Origin: Auanema rhodensis
Lineage: Eukaryota; Animalia; Nematoda
Direction of reading: 5' to 3'
Assembly: GCA_964057225.1 (NCBI GenBank)
Contig: OZ059895.1
Span: 14,136,001-14,200,000 of the forward strand
Length of the DNA stretch: 64,000 nucleotides
A program made the position numbers and the translations under genes. Of the stretch, positions 1 to 15,300 are shown one piece after another. The first letter of the stretch is position 1. Each line of letters begins with the position of its first letter. Under the pieces are notes generated by a model. That model was not told the origin of the DNA, did no database searches, and saw nothing but the letters and a program-made list of their open reading frames with translations.

Positions 1-24
1 ACTGGGAGGTGACACTGCTTCGTC

Positions 25-118
25 GGTTTAATTACCCAAGTTTGAGGTACTTTCCTGATTCAACCAGAAACATTCTGTGTTCGAATTAAATTTTGGAACG
101 CTCTCCACTGGAGAGCAA
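25..118 (+). ncRNA. sls-1: SL1 RNA gene, representative first copy (~94 nt)
   Basis: Leader 25-46, donor GT 47-48, Sm site ~88-96, stem III 100-116. The 3' end is approximate. Confidence 0.95.
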
Positions 119-258
119 TATGAATCGAAAATCATTGGATGAATCAAGTTCTTTGGATTTTTAAAATTGAAAAATCAATGAGGATGATAATCATTCTGGG
201 AATTATAGTTGAGATGAGCCAAGTTCAGATGTAGCCTACACGTGTCTATGACCCATGG

Positions 259-365
259 TGTCTAGTCAAGAGAGACAGTCTATACCATGTTGGGGGAAGA
301 GACACAACACGTCTATGTGATACGACACGTGCATTGATGCCACTGGGAGGTGACACTGCTTCGTC
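259..365 (+). promoter_or_regulatory. Putative snRNA-type (PSE-like) promoter region of the SL unit, representative copy
   Basis: Blocks TGTCTAGT.AAGAGAG (~-107), ATG.GATACG.C.C (-51..-38) and CACTGGGAGGTGACA (-25..-11) keep nearly the same spacing in the diverged solo copy at 33896. Confidence 0.55.
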
Positions 366-3300
366 GGTTTAATTACCCAAGTTTGAGGTACTTTCCTGAT
401 TCAACCAGAAACATTCTGTGTTCGAATTAAATTTTGGAACGCTCTCCACTGGAGAGCAATATGAATCGAAAATCATTAGATGAATCAAGTTCTTTGAATT
501 TTTAAAAATGAAAAATCAACGAAGATGATAATCATTTCGGGAATTATAGTTGAGATGAGCCAAGTTTAGATGTAGCCTACACGTGTGTATGACCCATGGT
601 GTCTAGTCAAGAGAGACAGTCTATACCATGTTGGGGGAAGAGATACAACACGTCTATGTGATACGACACGTGCATTGATGCCACTGGGAGGTGACACTAC
701 TTCATCGGTTTAATAACCCAAGTTTGAGGTACTTTCCTGATTCAACCAGAAACATTCTGTGTTCGAATTAAATTTTGGAACGCTCTCCACTGGAGAGCAA
801 CATGAATCGAAAATCATTGGATGAATCAAGATCTTTGGATTTTTAAAATTGAAAAATCAACGAAGATGATAATCATTCTGGGAATTGTAGTTGAAATGAG
901 CCAGGTTCGATGTAGCCTACACGTGTGTATGACCCATGGTATCTACTCAAGAGAGACGGTCTTTATCATGTTGGGGAGAGAGATACAACACGTCTATGTG
1001 ATACGACACGTGCATTGATGCCACTGGGAGGTGACACTGCTTCGTCGGTTTAATTACCCAAGTTTGAGGTACTTTCCTGATTCAACCAGAAACATTCTGT
1101 GTTCGAATTAAATTTTGGAACGCTCTCCACTGGAGAGCAACATGAATCAAAAATCATTGGATGAATCAAGTTCTTTGGATTTTTAAAATTGAAAAATCAA
1201 CGAAGATGATAATCATTTCGGGAATTATAGTTGAGATGAGCCAAGTTCAGATGTAGCCTCCACGTGTGTATGACCCATGGTGTCAAGTCAAGAGAGACAG
1301 TCTATACCATGTTGGGGGGAGAGATACAACACGTCTATGTGATACGACACGTGCATTGATGCCACTGGGAGGTGACACTGCATCGTCGGTTTAATTACCC
1401 AAGTTTGAGGTACTTTCCTGATTCAACCAGAAAGATTCTGTGTTCGAATTAAATTTTGGAACGCTCTCCACTGGAGAGCAACATGAATCAAAAATCATTG
1501 GATGAATCAAGTTCTTTGGATTTTTAAAATTGAAAAATCAACGAAGATGATAATCATTTTGGGAATTGTAGTTGAGATGAGCCAAGTTCGATGTAGCCTA
1601 CACGTGTGTATGACCCATGGTGTCTAGTCAAGAGAGACGGTCTTTATCATGTTGGGGGGAGAGATACAGCACGTCTATGTGATACGACACGTGCATTGAT
1701 GCCACTGGGAGGTGACACTGCTTCGTCGGTTTAATTACCCAAGTTTGAGGTACTTTCCTGATTCAACCAGAAAGATTCTGTGTTCGAATTAAATTTTGGA
1801 ACGCTCTCCACTGGAGAGCAACATGAATCAAAAATCATTGGATGAATCAAGTTCTTTGGATTTTTAAAATTGAAAAATCAACGAAGATGATAATCATTTC
1901 GGGAATTATAGTTGAGATGAGCCAAGTTCAGATGTAGCCTCCACGTGTGTATGACCCATGGTGTCAAGTCAAGAGAGACAGTCTATACCATGTTGGGGGG
2001 AGAGATACAACACGTCTATGTGATACGACACGTGCATTGATGCCACTGGGAGGTGACACTGCATCGTCGGTTTAATTACCCAAGTTTGAGGTACTTTCCT
2101 GATTCAACCAGAAAGATTCTGTGTTCGAATTAAATTTTGGAACGCTCTCCACTGGAGAGCAACATGAATCAAAAATCATTGGATGAATCAAGTTCTTTGG
2201 ATTTTTAAAATTGAAAAATCAACGAAGATGATAATCATTTTGGGAATTGTAGTTGAGATGAGCCAAGTTCGATGTAGCCTACACGTGTGTATGACCCATG
2301 GTGTCTAGTCAAGAGAGACGGTCTTTATCATGTTGGGGGGAGAGATACAGCACGTCTATGTGATACGACACGTGCATTGATGCCACTGGGAGGTGACACT
2401 GCTTCGTCGGTTTAATTACCCAAGTTTGAGGTACTTTCCTGATTCAACCAGAAACATTCTGTGTTCGAATTAAATTTTGGAACGCTCTCCACTGGAGAGC
2501 AACATGAATCGAAAATCATTGGATGAATCAAGATCTTTGGATTTTTAAAATTGAAAAATCAACGAAGATGATAATCATTTCGGGAATTATAGTTGAGATG
2601 AGCCAAGTTTAGATGTAGCCTACACGTGTGTATGACCCATGGTGTCTAGTCAAGAGAGACAGTCTATACCATGTTGGGGGAAGAGATACAACACGTCTAT
2701 GTGATACGACACGTGCATTGATGCCACTGGGAGGTGACACTGCATCGTCGGTTTAATTACCCAAGTTTGAGGTACTTTCCTGATTCAACCAGAAACATTC
2801 TGTGTTCGAATTAAATTTTGGAACGCTCTCCACTGGAGAGCAACATGAATCGAAAATCATTGGATGAATCAAGATCTTTGGATTTTTAAAATTGAAAAAT
2901 CAACGAAGATGATAATCATTTCGGGAATTATAGTTGAGATGAGCCAAGTTTAGATGTAGCCTACACGTGTGTATGACCCATGGTGTCTAGTCAAGAGAGA
3001 CAGTCTATACCATGTTGGGGGAAGAGATACAACACGTCTATGTGATACGACACGTGCATTGATGCCACTGGGAGGTGACACTGCATCGTCGGTTTAATTA
3101 CCCAAGTTTGAGGTACTTTCCTGATTCAACCAGAAACATTCTGTGTTCGAATTAAATTTTGGAACGCTCTCCACTGGAGAGCAACATGAATCGAAAATCA
3201 TTGGATGAATCAAGATCTTTGGATTTTTAAAATTGAAAAATCAACGAAGATGATAATCATTCTGGGAATTGTAGTTGAGATGAGCCAAGTTCAGATGTAG

Positions 3301-6300
3301 CCTCCACGTGTGTATGACCCATGGTGTCAAGTCAAGAGAGACAGTCTATACCATGTTGGGGGGAGAGATACAACACGTCTATGTGATACGACACGTGCAT
3401 TGATGCCACTGGGAGGTGACACTGCATCGTCGGTTTAATTACCCAAGTTTGAGGTACTTTCCTGATTCAACCAGAAACATTCTGTGTTCGAATTAAATTT
3501 TGGAACGCTCTCCATTGGAGAGCAACATGAATCGAAAATCATTAGATGAATCAAGTTCTTTGGATTTTTAAAAATGAAAAATCAACGAAGATGATAATCA
3601 TTCTGGGAATTATAGTTGAGATGAGCCAAGTTTAGATGTAGCCTACACGTGTGTATGACCCATGGTATCTAGTCAAGAGAGACGGTCTTTATCATGTTGG
3701 GGGGAGAGACACAACACGTCTATGTGATACGACACTTGCATTGATGCCACTGGGAGGTGACACTGAATCGTCGGTTTAATTACCCAAGTTTGAGGTACTT
3801 TCCTGATTCAACCAGAAAGATTCTGTGTTCGAATTAAATTTTGGAACGCTCTCCACTGGAGAGCAACATGAATCGAAAATCATTAGATGAATCAAGTTCT
3901 TTGGATTTTTAAAAATGAAAAATCAACGAAGATGATAATCATTCTGGGAATTGTAGTTGAGATGAGCCAAGTTTAGATGTAGCCTACACGTGTGTATGAC
4001 CCATGGTATCTAGTCAAGAGAGACGGTCTTTATCATGTTGGGGGGAGAGACACAACACGTCTATGTGATACGACACTTGCATTGATGCCACTGGGAGGTG
4101 ACACTGCTTCGTCGGTTTAATTACCCAAGTTTGAGGTACTTTCCTGATTCAACCAGAAACATTCTGTGTTCGAATTAAATTTTGGAACGCTCTCCACTGG
4201 AGAGCAACATGAATCGAAAATCATTGGATGAATCAAGTTCTTTGGATTTTTAAAAATGAAAAATCAACGAAGATGATAATCATTCTGGGAATTGTAGTTG
4301 AGATGAGCCAAGTTCGTTGTAGCCTACACGTGTGTATGACCCATGGTGTCTAGTCAAGAGAGACGGTCTTTATCATGTTGGGGGGAGAGACACAACACGT
4401 CTATGTGATACGACACGTGCATTGATGCCACTGGGAGGTGACACTACTTCATCGGTTTAATTACCCAAGTTTGAGGTACTTTCCTGATTCAACCAGAAAC
4501 ATTCTGTGTTCGAATTAAATTTTGGAACGCTCTCCACTGGAGAGCAACATGAATCGAAAATCATTGGATGAATCAAGTTCTTTGGATTTTTAAAAATGAA
4601 AAATCAACGAAGATGATAATCATTCTGGGAATTATAGTTGAGATGAGCCAAGTTCAGATGTAGCCTCCACGTGTGCATGACCCATGGTGTCAAGTCAAGA
4701 GAGACGGTCTTTATCATGTTGGGGGGAGAGACACAACACGTCTATGTGATACGACACGTGCATTGATGCCACTGGGAGGTGACACTACTTCATCGGTTTA
4801 ATTACCCAAGTTTGAGGTACTTTCCTGATTCAACCAGAAACATTCTGTGTTCGAATTAAATTTTGGAACGCTCTCCACTGGAGAGCAACATGAATCGAAA
4901 ATCATTGGATGTATCAAGTTCTTTGGATTTTTAAAAATGAAAAATCAACGAAGATGATAATCATTCTGGGAATTATAGTTGAGATGAGCCAAGTTCAGAT
5001 GTAGCCTCCACGTGTGCATGACCCATGGTGTCAAGTCAAGAGAGACGGTCTTTATCATGTTGGGGGGAGAGACACAACACGTCTATGTGATACGACACGT
5101 GCATTGATGCCACTGGGAGGTGACACTACTTCATCGGTTTAATTACCCAAGTTTGAGGTACTTTCCTGATTCAACCAGAAACATTCTGTGTTCGAATTAA
5201 ATTTTGGAACGCTCTCCACTGGAGAGCAACATGAATCGAAAATCATTGGATGTATCAAGTTCTTTGGATTTTTAAAAATGAAAAATCAACGAAGATGATA
5301 ATCATTCTGGGAATTATAGTTGAGATGAGCCAAGTTCAGATGTAGCCTCCACGTGTGCATGACCCATGGTGTCAAGTCAAGAGAGACGGTCTTTATCATG
5401 TTGGGGGGAGAGACACAACACGTCTATGTGATACGACACGTGCATTGATGCCACTGGGAGGTGACACTACTTCATCGGTTTAATTACCCAAGTTTGAGGT
5501 ACTTTCCTGATTCAACCAGAAACATTCTGTGTTCGAATTAAATTTTGGAACGCTCTCCACTGGAGAGCAACATGAATCGAAAATCATTAGATGAATCAAG
5601 TTCTTTGGGTTTTTAAAATTGAAAAATCAACAAAGATGATAATCATTCTGGGAATTGTAGTTGAGATGAGCCAAGTTCGATGTAGCCTACACGTGTGTAT
5701 GACCCATGGTATCTACTCAAGAGAGACGGTCTTTATCATGTTGGGGGGAGAGACACAACACGTCTATGTGATACGACACGTGCATTGATGCCACTGGGAG
5801 GTGACACTACTTCATCGGTTTAATAACCCAAGTTTGAGGTACTTTCCTGATTCAACCAGAAACATTCTGTGTTCGAATTAAATTTTGGAACGCTCTCCAC
5901 TGGAGAGCAACATGAATCGAAAATCATTAGATGAATCAAGTTCTTTGGGTTTTTAAAATTGAAAAATCAACAAAGATGATAATCATTCTGGGAATTGTAG
6001 TTGAGATGAGCCAAGTTCGATGTAGCCTACACGTGTGTATGACCCATGGTATCTACTCAAGAGAGACGGTCTTTATCATGTTGGGGGGAGAGACACAACA
6101 CGTCTATGTGATACGACACGTGCATTGATGCCACTGGGAGGTGACACTACTTCATCGGTTTAATAACCCAAGTTTGAGGTACTTTCCTGATTCAACCAGA
6201 AACATTCTGTGTTCGAATTAAATTTTGGAACGCTCTCCACTGGAGAGCAACATGAATCGAAAATCATTAGATGAATCAAGTTCTTTGGGTTTTTAAAATT

Positions 6301-9300
6301 GAAAAATCAATGAGGATGATAATCATTCTGGGAATTATAGTTGAGATGAGCCAAGTTCAGATGTAGCCTACACGTGTGCATGACCCATGGTGTCTAGTCA
6401 AGAGAGACGGTCTTTATCATGTTGGGGGGAGAGACACAACACGTCTATGTGATACGACACTTGCTTTGATGCCACTGGGAGGTGACACTGCTTCGTCGGT
6501 TTAATTACCCAAGTTTGAGGTACTTTCCTGATTCAACCAGAAACATTCTGTGTTCGAATTAAATTTTGGAACGCTCTCCACTGGAGAGCAACATGAATCG
6601 AAAATCATTGGATGTATCAAGTTCTTTGGATTTTTAAAATTGAAAAATCAACGAAGATGGATTCTGGGAATTATAGTTGAGATGAGCCAAGTTTAGATGT
6701 AGCCTACACGTGTGTATGACCCATGGTATCTAGTCAAGAGAGACGGTCTTTATCATGTTGGGGGGAGAGACACAACACGTCTATGTGATACGACACTTGC
6801 ATTGATGCCACTGGGAGGTGACACTGCATCGTCGGTTTAATTACCCAAGTTTGAGGTACTTTCCTGATTCAACCAGAAACATTCTGTGTTCGAATTAAAT
6901 TTTGGAACGCTCTCCACTGGAGAGCAACATGAATCGAAAATCATTGGATGAATCAAGTTCTTTGGATTTTTAAAATTGAAAAATCAACGATGATGATAAT
7001 CATTCTGGGAAATGTAGTTGAGATGAGCCAAGTTCAGATGTAGCCTACACGTGTATATGACCCATGGTGTCAAGTCAAGAGAGACGGTCTTTATCATGTT
7101 GGGGGGAGAGATACAGCACGTCTATGTGATACGACACGTGCATTGATGCCACTGGGAGGTGACACTACTTCATCGGTTTAATTACCCAAGTTTGAGGTAC
7201 TTTCCTGATTCAACCAGAAACATTCTGTGTTCGAATTAAATTTTGGAACGCTCTCCACTGGAGAGCAACATGAATCGAAAATCATTGGATGAATCAAGTT
7301 CTTTGGATTTTTAAAATTGAAAAATCAACGATGATGATAATCATTCTGGGAAATGTAGTTGAGATGAGCCAAGTTCAGATGTAGCCTGCACGTGTATATG
7401 ACCCATGGTGTCAAGTCAAGAGAGACGGTCTTTATCATGTTGGGGGGAGAGATACAGCACGTCTATGTGATACGACACGTGCATTGATGCCACTGGGAGG
7501 TGACACTACTTCATCGGTTTAATTACCCAAGTTTGAGGTACTTTCCTGATTCAACCAGAAACATTCTGTGTTCGAATTAAATTTTGGAACGCTCTCCACT
7601 GGAGAGCAATATGAATCGAAAATCATTGGATGAATCAAGTTCTTTGGATTTTTAAAATTGAAAAATCAACGATGATGATAATCATTCTGGGAAATGTAGT
7701 TGAGATGAGCCAAGTTCAGATGTAGCCTACACGTGTATATGACCCATGGTGTCAAGTCAAGAGAGACGGTCTATACCATGTTGGGGAGAGAGACACAACA
7801 CGTCTATGTGATACGACACGTGCATTGATGCCACTGGGAGGTGACACTACTTCATCGGTTTAATTACCCAAGTTTGAGGTACTTTCCTGATTCAACCAGA
7901 AACATTCTGTGTTCGAATTAAATTTTGGAACGCTCTCCACTGGAGAGCAACATGAATCGAAAATCATTGGATGTATCAAGTTCTTTGGATTTTTAAAAAT
8001 GAAAAATCAACGAAGATGATAATCATTCTGGGAATTATAGTTGAGATGAGCCAAGTTCGTTGTAGCCTACACGTGTGTATGACCCATGGTATCTAGTCAA
8101 GAGAGACGGTCTTTATCATGTTGGGGGGAGAGACACAACACGTCTATGTGATACGACATGTGCATTGATGCCACTGGGAGGAGACACTGCTTCATCGGTT
8201 TAATTACCCAAGTTTGAGGTACTTTCCTGATTCAACCAGAAACATTCTGTGTTCGAATTAAATTTTGGAACGCTCTCCACTGGAGAGCAACATGAATCGA
8301 AAATCATTAGATGAATCAAGTTCTTTGGATTTTTGAAATTGAAAAATCAACAAAGATGATAATCATTCTGGGAATTATAGTTGAGATGAGCCAAGTTCAG
8401 ATGTAGCCTCCACGTGTGCATGACCCATGGTGTCAAGTCAAGAGAGACGGTCTTTCTCATGTTGGGGGGAGAGATACAGCACGTCTATGTGATACGACAC
8501 GTGCATTGATGCCACTGGGAGGTGACACTACTTCATCGGTTTAATAACCCAAGTTTGAGGTACTTTCCTGATTCAACCAGAAACATTCTGTGTTCGAATT
8601 AAATTTTGGAACGCTCTCCACTGGAGAGCAACATGAATCGAAAATCATTAGATGAATCAAGTTCTTTGGATTTTTGAAATTGAAAAATCAACAAAGATGA
8701 TAATCATTCTGGGAATTATAGTTGAGATGAGCCAAGTTCAGATGTAGCCTCCACGTGTGCATGACCCATGGTGTCAAGTCAAGAGAGACGGTCTTTCTCA
8801 TGTTGGGGGGAGAGATACAGCACGTCTATGTGATACGACACGTGCATTGATGCCACTGGGGGGTGACACTGCTTTGTCGGTTTAATTACCCAAGTTTGAG
8901 GTACTTTCCTGATTCAACCAGAAACATTCTGTGTTCGAATTAAATTTTGGAACGCTCTCCACTGGAGAGCAACATGAATCGAAAATCATTGGATGAATCA
9001 AGTTCTTTGGATTTTTAAAAATGAAAAATCAACAAAGATGATAATCATTCTGGGAATTATAGTTGAGATGAGCCAAGTTCAGATGTAGCCTACACGTGTG
9101 TATGACCCATGGTGTCAAGTCAAGAGAGACGGTCTATACCATGTTGGGGGGAGAGATACAGCACGTCTATGTGATACGACACGTGCATTGATGCCACTGG
9201 GAGGTGACACTACTTCATCGGTTTAATTACCCAAGTTTGAGGTACTTTCCTGATTCAACCAGAAACATTCTGTGTTCGAATTAAATTTTGGAACGCTCTC

Positions 9301-12300
9301 CACTGGAGCGCAACATGAATCGAAAATCATTGGTTGAATCAAGTTCTTTGGATTTTTAAAATTGAAAAATCAACGAAGATGATAATCATTCTGGGAATTG
9401 TAGTTGAGATGAGCCAAGTTCGATGTAGCCTACACGTGTGTATGACCCATGGTGTCAAGTCAAGAGAGACGGTCTATACCATGTTGGGGGGAGAGACTGA
9501 ACACGTCTGTGTGATACGACACGTGCATTGATGCCACTGGGGGGTGACACTGCTTCGTCGGTTTAATTACCCAAGTTTGAGGTACTTTCCTGATTCAACC
9601 AGAAACATTCTGTGTTCGAATTAAATTTTGGAACGCTCTCCACTGGAGAGCAATATGAATCGAAAATCATTGGATGAATCAAGTTCTTTGGATTTTTAAA
9701 AATGAAAAATCAACGAAGATGATAATCATTCTGGGAATTGTAGTTGAGATGAGCCAGGTTCGATGTAGCCTACACGTGTGTATGACCCATGGTATCTAGT
9801 CAAGAGAGACGGTCTATACCATGTTCGGGGGAGAGACTGAACACGTCTATGTGATACGACATGTGCATTGATGCCACTGGGAGGTGACACTGCTTCATCG
9901 GTTTAATTACCCAAGTTTGAGGTACTTTCCTGATTCAACCAGAAACATTCTGTGTTCGAATTAAATTTTGGAACGCTCTCCACTGGAGAGCAACATGAAT
10001 CGAAAATCATTGGATGAATCAAGTTCTTTGGATTTTTAAAATTGAAAAATCAACGAAGATGATAATCATTCTGGGAATTGTAGTTGAAATGAGCCAGGTT
10101 CGATGTAGCCTACACGTGTGTATGACCCATGGTATCTACTCAAGAGAGACGGTCTATACCATGTTGGGGGGAGAGATACAGCACGTCTATGTGATACGAC
10201 ACGTGCATTGATGCCACTGGGAGGAGACACTGCTTCTTCGGTTTAATTACCCAAGTTTGAGGTACTTTCCTGATTCAACCAGAAACATTCTGTGTTCGAA
10301 TTAAATTTTGGAACGCTCTCCACTGGAGAGCAACATGAATCGAAAATCATTGGATTAATCAAGTTCTTTGAATTTTTAAAATTGAAAAATCAACGAAGAT
10401 GATAATCATTCTGGGAATTGTAGTTGAAATGAGCCAGGTTCGATGTAGCCTACACGTGTGTATGACCCATGGTATCTACTCAAGAGAGACGGTCTATACC
10501 ATGTTGGGGGGAGAGATACAACACGTCTATGTGATACGACACTTGCATTGATGCCACTGGGAGGTGAGACTGCATCGTCGGTTTAATTACCCAAGTTTGA
10601 GGTACTTTCCTGATTCAACCAGAAAGATTCTGTGTTCGAATTAAATTTTGGAACGCTCTCCACTGGAGAGCAACATGAATCGAAAATCATTGGATTAATC
10701 AAGTTCTTTGAATTTTTAAAATTGAAAAATCAACGAAGATGATAATCATTCTGGGAATTATAGTTGAGATGAGCCAAGTTCAGATGTAGCCTACACGTGT
10801 GTATGACCCATGGTGTCAAGTCAAGAGAGACGGTCTATACCATGTTGGGGGGAGAGATACAGCACGTCTATGTGATACGACACGTGCATTGATGCCACTG
10901 GGAGGTGACACTGCTTCGTCGGTTTAATTACCCAAGTTTGAGTTACTTTCCTGATTCAACCAGAAACATTCTGTGTTCGAATTAAATTTTGGAACGCTCT
11001 CCACTGGAGAGCAACATGAATCGAAAATCATTGGATTAATCAAGTTCTTTGAATTTTTAAAATTGAAAAATCAACGAAGATGATAATCATTCTGGGAATT
11101 GTAGTTGAGATGAGCCAAGTTCGATGTAGCCTACACGTGTGTATGACCCATGGTATCTAGTCAAGAGAGACGGTCTATACCATGTTGGGGGGAGAGACTG
11201 AACACGTCTGTGTGATACGACACGTGCATTGATGCCACTGGGAGGTGACACTGCTTCGTCGGTTTAATTACCCAAGTTTGAGGTACTTTCCTGATTCAAC
11301 CAGAAACATTCTGTGTTCGAATTAAATTTTGGAACGCTCTCCACTGGAGAGCAATATGAATCGAAAATCATTGGATGAATCAAGTTCTTTGGATTTTTAA
11401 AAATGAAAAATCAACAAAGATGATAATCATTCTGGGAATTATAGTTGAGATGAGCCAAGTTCAGATGTAGCCTACACGTGTGTATGACCCATGGTGTCAA
11501 GTCAAGAGAGACGGTCTATACCATGTTGGGGGGAGAGATACAGCACGTCTATGTGATACGACACGTGCATTGATGCCACTGGGAGGTGACACTACTTCAT
11601 CGGTTTAATTACCCAAGTTTGAGGTACTTTCCTGATTCAACCAGAAACATTCTGTGTTCGAATTAAATTTTGGAACGCTCTCCACTGGAGCGCAACATGA
11701 ATCGAAAATCATTGGTTGAATCAAGTTCTTTGGATTTTTAAAATTGAAAAATCAACGAAGATGATAATCATTCTGGGAATTGTAGTTGAGATGAGCCAAG
11801 TTCGATGTAGCCTACACGTGTGTATGACCCATGGTGTCAAGTCAAGAGAGACGGTCTATACCATGTTGGGGGGAGAGACTGAACACGTCTGTGTGATACG
11901 ACACGTGCATTGATGCCACTGGGGGGTGACACTGCTTCGTCGGTTTAATTACCCAAGTTTGAGGTACTTTCCTGATTCAACCAGAAACATTCTGTGTTCG
12001 AATTAAATTTTGGAACGCTCTCCACTGGAGAGCAATATGAATCGAAAATCATTGGATGAATCAAGTTCTTTGGATTTTTAAAAATGAAAAATCAACGAAG
12101 ATGATAATCATTCTGGGAATTGTAGTTGAGATGAGCCAGGTTCGATGTAGCCTACACGTGTGTATGACCCATGGTATCTAGTCAAGAGAGACGGTCTATA
12201 CCATGTTCGGGGGAGAGACTGAACACGTCTATGTGATACGACATGTGCATTGATGCCACTGGGAGGTGACACTGCTTCATCGGTTTAATTACCCAAGTTT

Positions 12301-15300
12301 GAGGTACTTTCCTGATTCAACCAGAAACATTCTGTGTTCGAATTAAATTTTGGAACGCTCTCCACTGGAGAGCAACATGAATCGAAAATCATTGGATGAA
12401 TCAAGTTCTTTGGATTTTTAAAATTGAAAAATCAACGAAGATGATAATCATTCTGGGAATTGTAGTTGAAATGAGCCAGGTTCGATGTAGCCTACACGTG
12501 TGTATGACCCATGGTATCTACTCAAGAGAGACGGTCTATACCATGTTGGGGGGAGAGATACAACACGTCTATGTGATACGACACTTGCATTGATGCCACT
12601 GGGAGGTGAGACTGCATCGTCGGTTTAATTACCCAAGTTTGAGGTACTTTCCTGATTCAACCAGAAAGATTCTGTGTTCGAATTAAATTTTGGAACGCTC
12701 TCCACTGGAGAGCAACATGAATCGAAAATCATTGGATGAATCAAGTTCTTTGAATTTTTAAAATTGAAAAATCAACGAAGATGATAATCATTCTGGGAAT
12801 TGTAGTTGAAATGAGCCAGGTTCGATGTAGCCTACACGTGTGTATGACCCATGGTATCTAGTCAAGAGAGACGGTCTTTATCATGTTGGGGAGAGAGATA
12901 CAACACGTCTATGTGATACGACACGTGCATTGATGCCACTGGGAGGTGACACTGCTTCGTCGGTTTAATTACCCAAGTTTGAGGTACTTTCCTGATTCAA
13001 CCAGAAACATTCTGTGTTCGAATTAAATTTTGGAACGCTCTCCACTGGAGAGCAACATGAATCGAAAATCATTGGATTAATCAAGTTCTTTGAATTTTTA
13101 AAATTGAAAAATCAACGAAGATGATAATCATTCTGGGAATTGTAGTTGAGATGAGCCAAGTTCGATGTAGCCTACACGTGTGTATGACCCATGGTATCTA
13201 GTCAAGAGAGACGGTCTATACCATGTTGGGGGGAGAGACTGAACACGTCTGTGTGATACGACACGTGCATTGATGCCACTGGGAGGTGACACTGCTTCGT
13301 CGGTTTAATTACCCAAGTTTGAGGTACTTTCCTGATTCAACCAGAAACATTCTGTGTTCGAATTAAATTTTGGAACGCTCTCCACTGGAGAGCAACATGA
13401 ATCGAAAATCATTGGATGAATCAAGTTCTTTGAATTTTTAAAATTGAAAAATCAACGAAGATGATAATCATTCTGGGAATTGTAGTTGAAATGAGCCAGG
13501 TTCGATGTAGCCTACACGTGTGTATGACCCATGGTATCTAGTCAAGAGAGACGGTCTATACCATGTTGGGGGGAGAGATACAGCACGTCTATGTGATACG
13601 ACACGTGCATTGATGCCACTGGGAGGAGACACTGCTTCTTCGGTTTAATTACCCAAGTTTGAGGTACTTTCCTGATTCAACCAGAAACATTCTGTGTTCG
13701 AATTAAATTTTGGAACGCTCTCCACTGGAGAGCAACATGAATCGAAAATCATTGGATGAATCAAGTTCTTTGAATTTTTAAAATTGAAAAATCAACGAAG
13801 ATGATAATCATTCTGGGAATTGTAGTTGAAATGAGCCAGGTTCGATGTAGCCTACACGTGTGTATGACCCATGGTATCTACTCAAGAGAGACGGTCTTTA
13901 TCATGTTGGGGAGAGAGATACAACACGTCTATGTGATACGACACGTGCATTGATGCCACTGGGAGGTGACACTGCTTCTTCGGTTTAATTACCCAAGTTT
14001 GAGGTACTTTCCTGATTCAACCAGAAACATTCTGTGTTCGAATTAAATTTTGGAACGCTCTCCACTGGAGAGCAACATGAATCGAAAATCATTGGATGAA
14101 TCAAGTTCTTTGGATTTTTAAAAATGAAAAATCAACGAAGATGATAATCATTCTGGGAATTGTAGTTGAGATGAGCCAAGTTCGATGTAGCCTACACGTG
14201 TGTATGACCCATGGTATCTACTCAAGAGAGACGGTCTTTATCATGTTGGGGAGAGAGATACAACACGTCTATGTGATACGACACGTGCATTGATGCCACT
14301 GGGAGGTGACACTGCTTCTTCGGTTTAATTACCCAAGTTTGAGGTACTTTCCTGATTCAACCAGAAACATTCTGTGTTCGAATTAAATTTTGGAACGCTC
14401 TCCACTGGAGAGCAACATGAATCGAAAATCATTAGATGAATCAAGTTCTTTGGATTTTTAAAAATGAAAAATCAACGAAGATGATAATCATTCTGGGAAT
14501 TGTAGTTGAGATGAGCCAAGTTCGATGTAGCCTACACGTGTGTATGACCCATGGTATCTACTCAAGAGAGACGGTCTTTATCATGTTGGGGAGAGAGACA
14601 CAACACGTCTATGTGATACGACACGTGCATTGATGCCACTGGGAGGTGACACTGCTTCGTCGGTTTAATTACCCAAGTTTGAGGTACTTTCCTGATTCAA
14701 CCAGAAACATTCTGTGTTCGAATTAAATTTTGGAACGCTCTCCACTGGAGAGCAACATGAATCGAAAATCATTGGATGAATCAAGTTCTTTGGATTTTTA
14801 AAAATGAAAAATCAACGAAGATGATAATCATTTCGGGAATTATAGTTAAGATGAGCCAAGTTCAGATGTAGCTTACACGTGTCTATGACCCATGGTGTCT
14901 AGTCAAGAGAGACGGTCTTTATCATGTTGGGGAGAGAGATACAACACGTCTATGTGATACGACACGTGCATTGATGCCACTGGGAGGTGACACTGCTTTG
15001 TCGGTTTAATTACCCAAGTTTGAGGTACTTTCCTGATTCAACCAGAAACATTCTGTGTTCGAATTAAATTTTGGAACGCTCTCCACTGGAGAGCAACATG
15101 AATCGAAAATCATTGGATGAATCAAGTTCTTTGGATTTTTAAAAATGAAAAATCAACGAAGATGATAATCATTTCGGGAATTATAGTTAAGATGAGCCAA
15201 GTTCAGATGTAGCTTACACGTGTCTATGACCCATGGTGTCTAGTCAAGAGAGACGGTCTTTATCATGTTGGGGAGAGAGATACAACACGTCTATGTGATA

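Noticed and set aside
120-365. 5S rRNA, SmY or another small RNA in the spacer
   Set aside because: I saw no 5S similarity and no second Sm site on either strand. The CATGGT…ACCATG stem is weak and its variants do not clearly covary.
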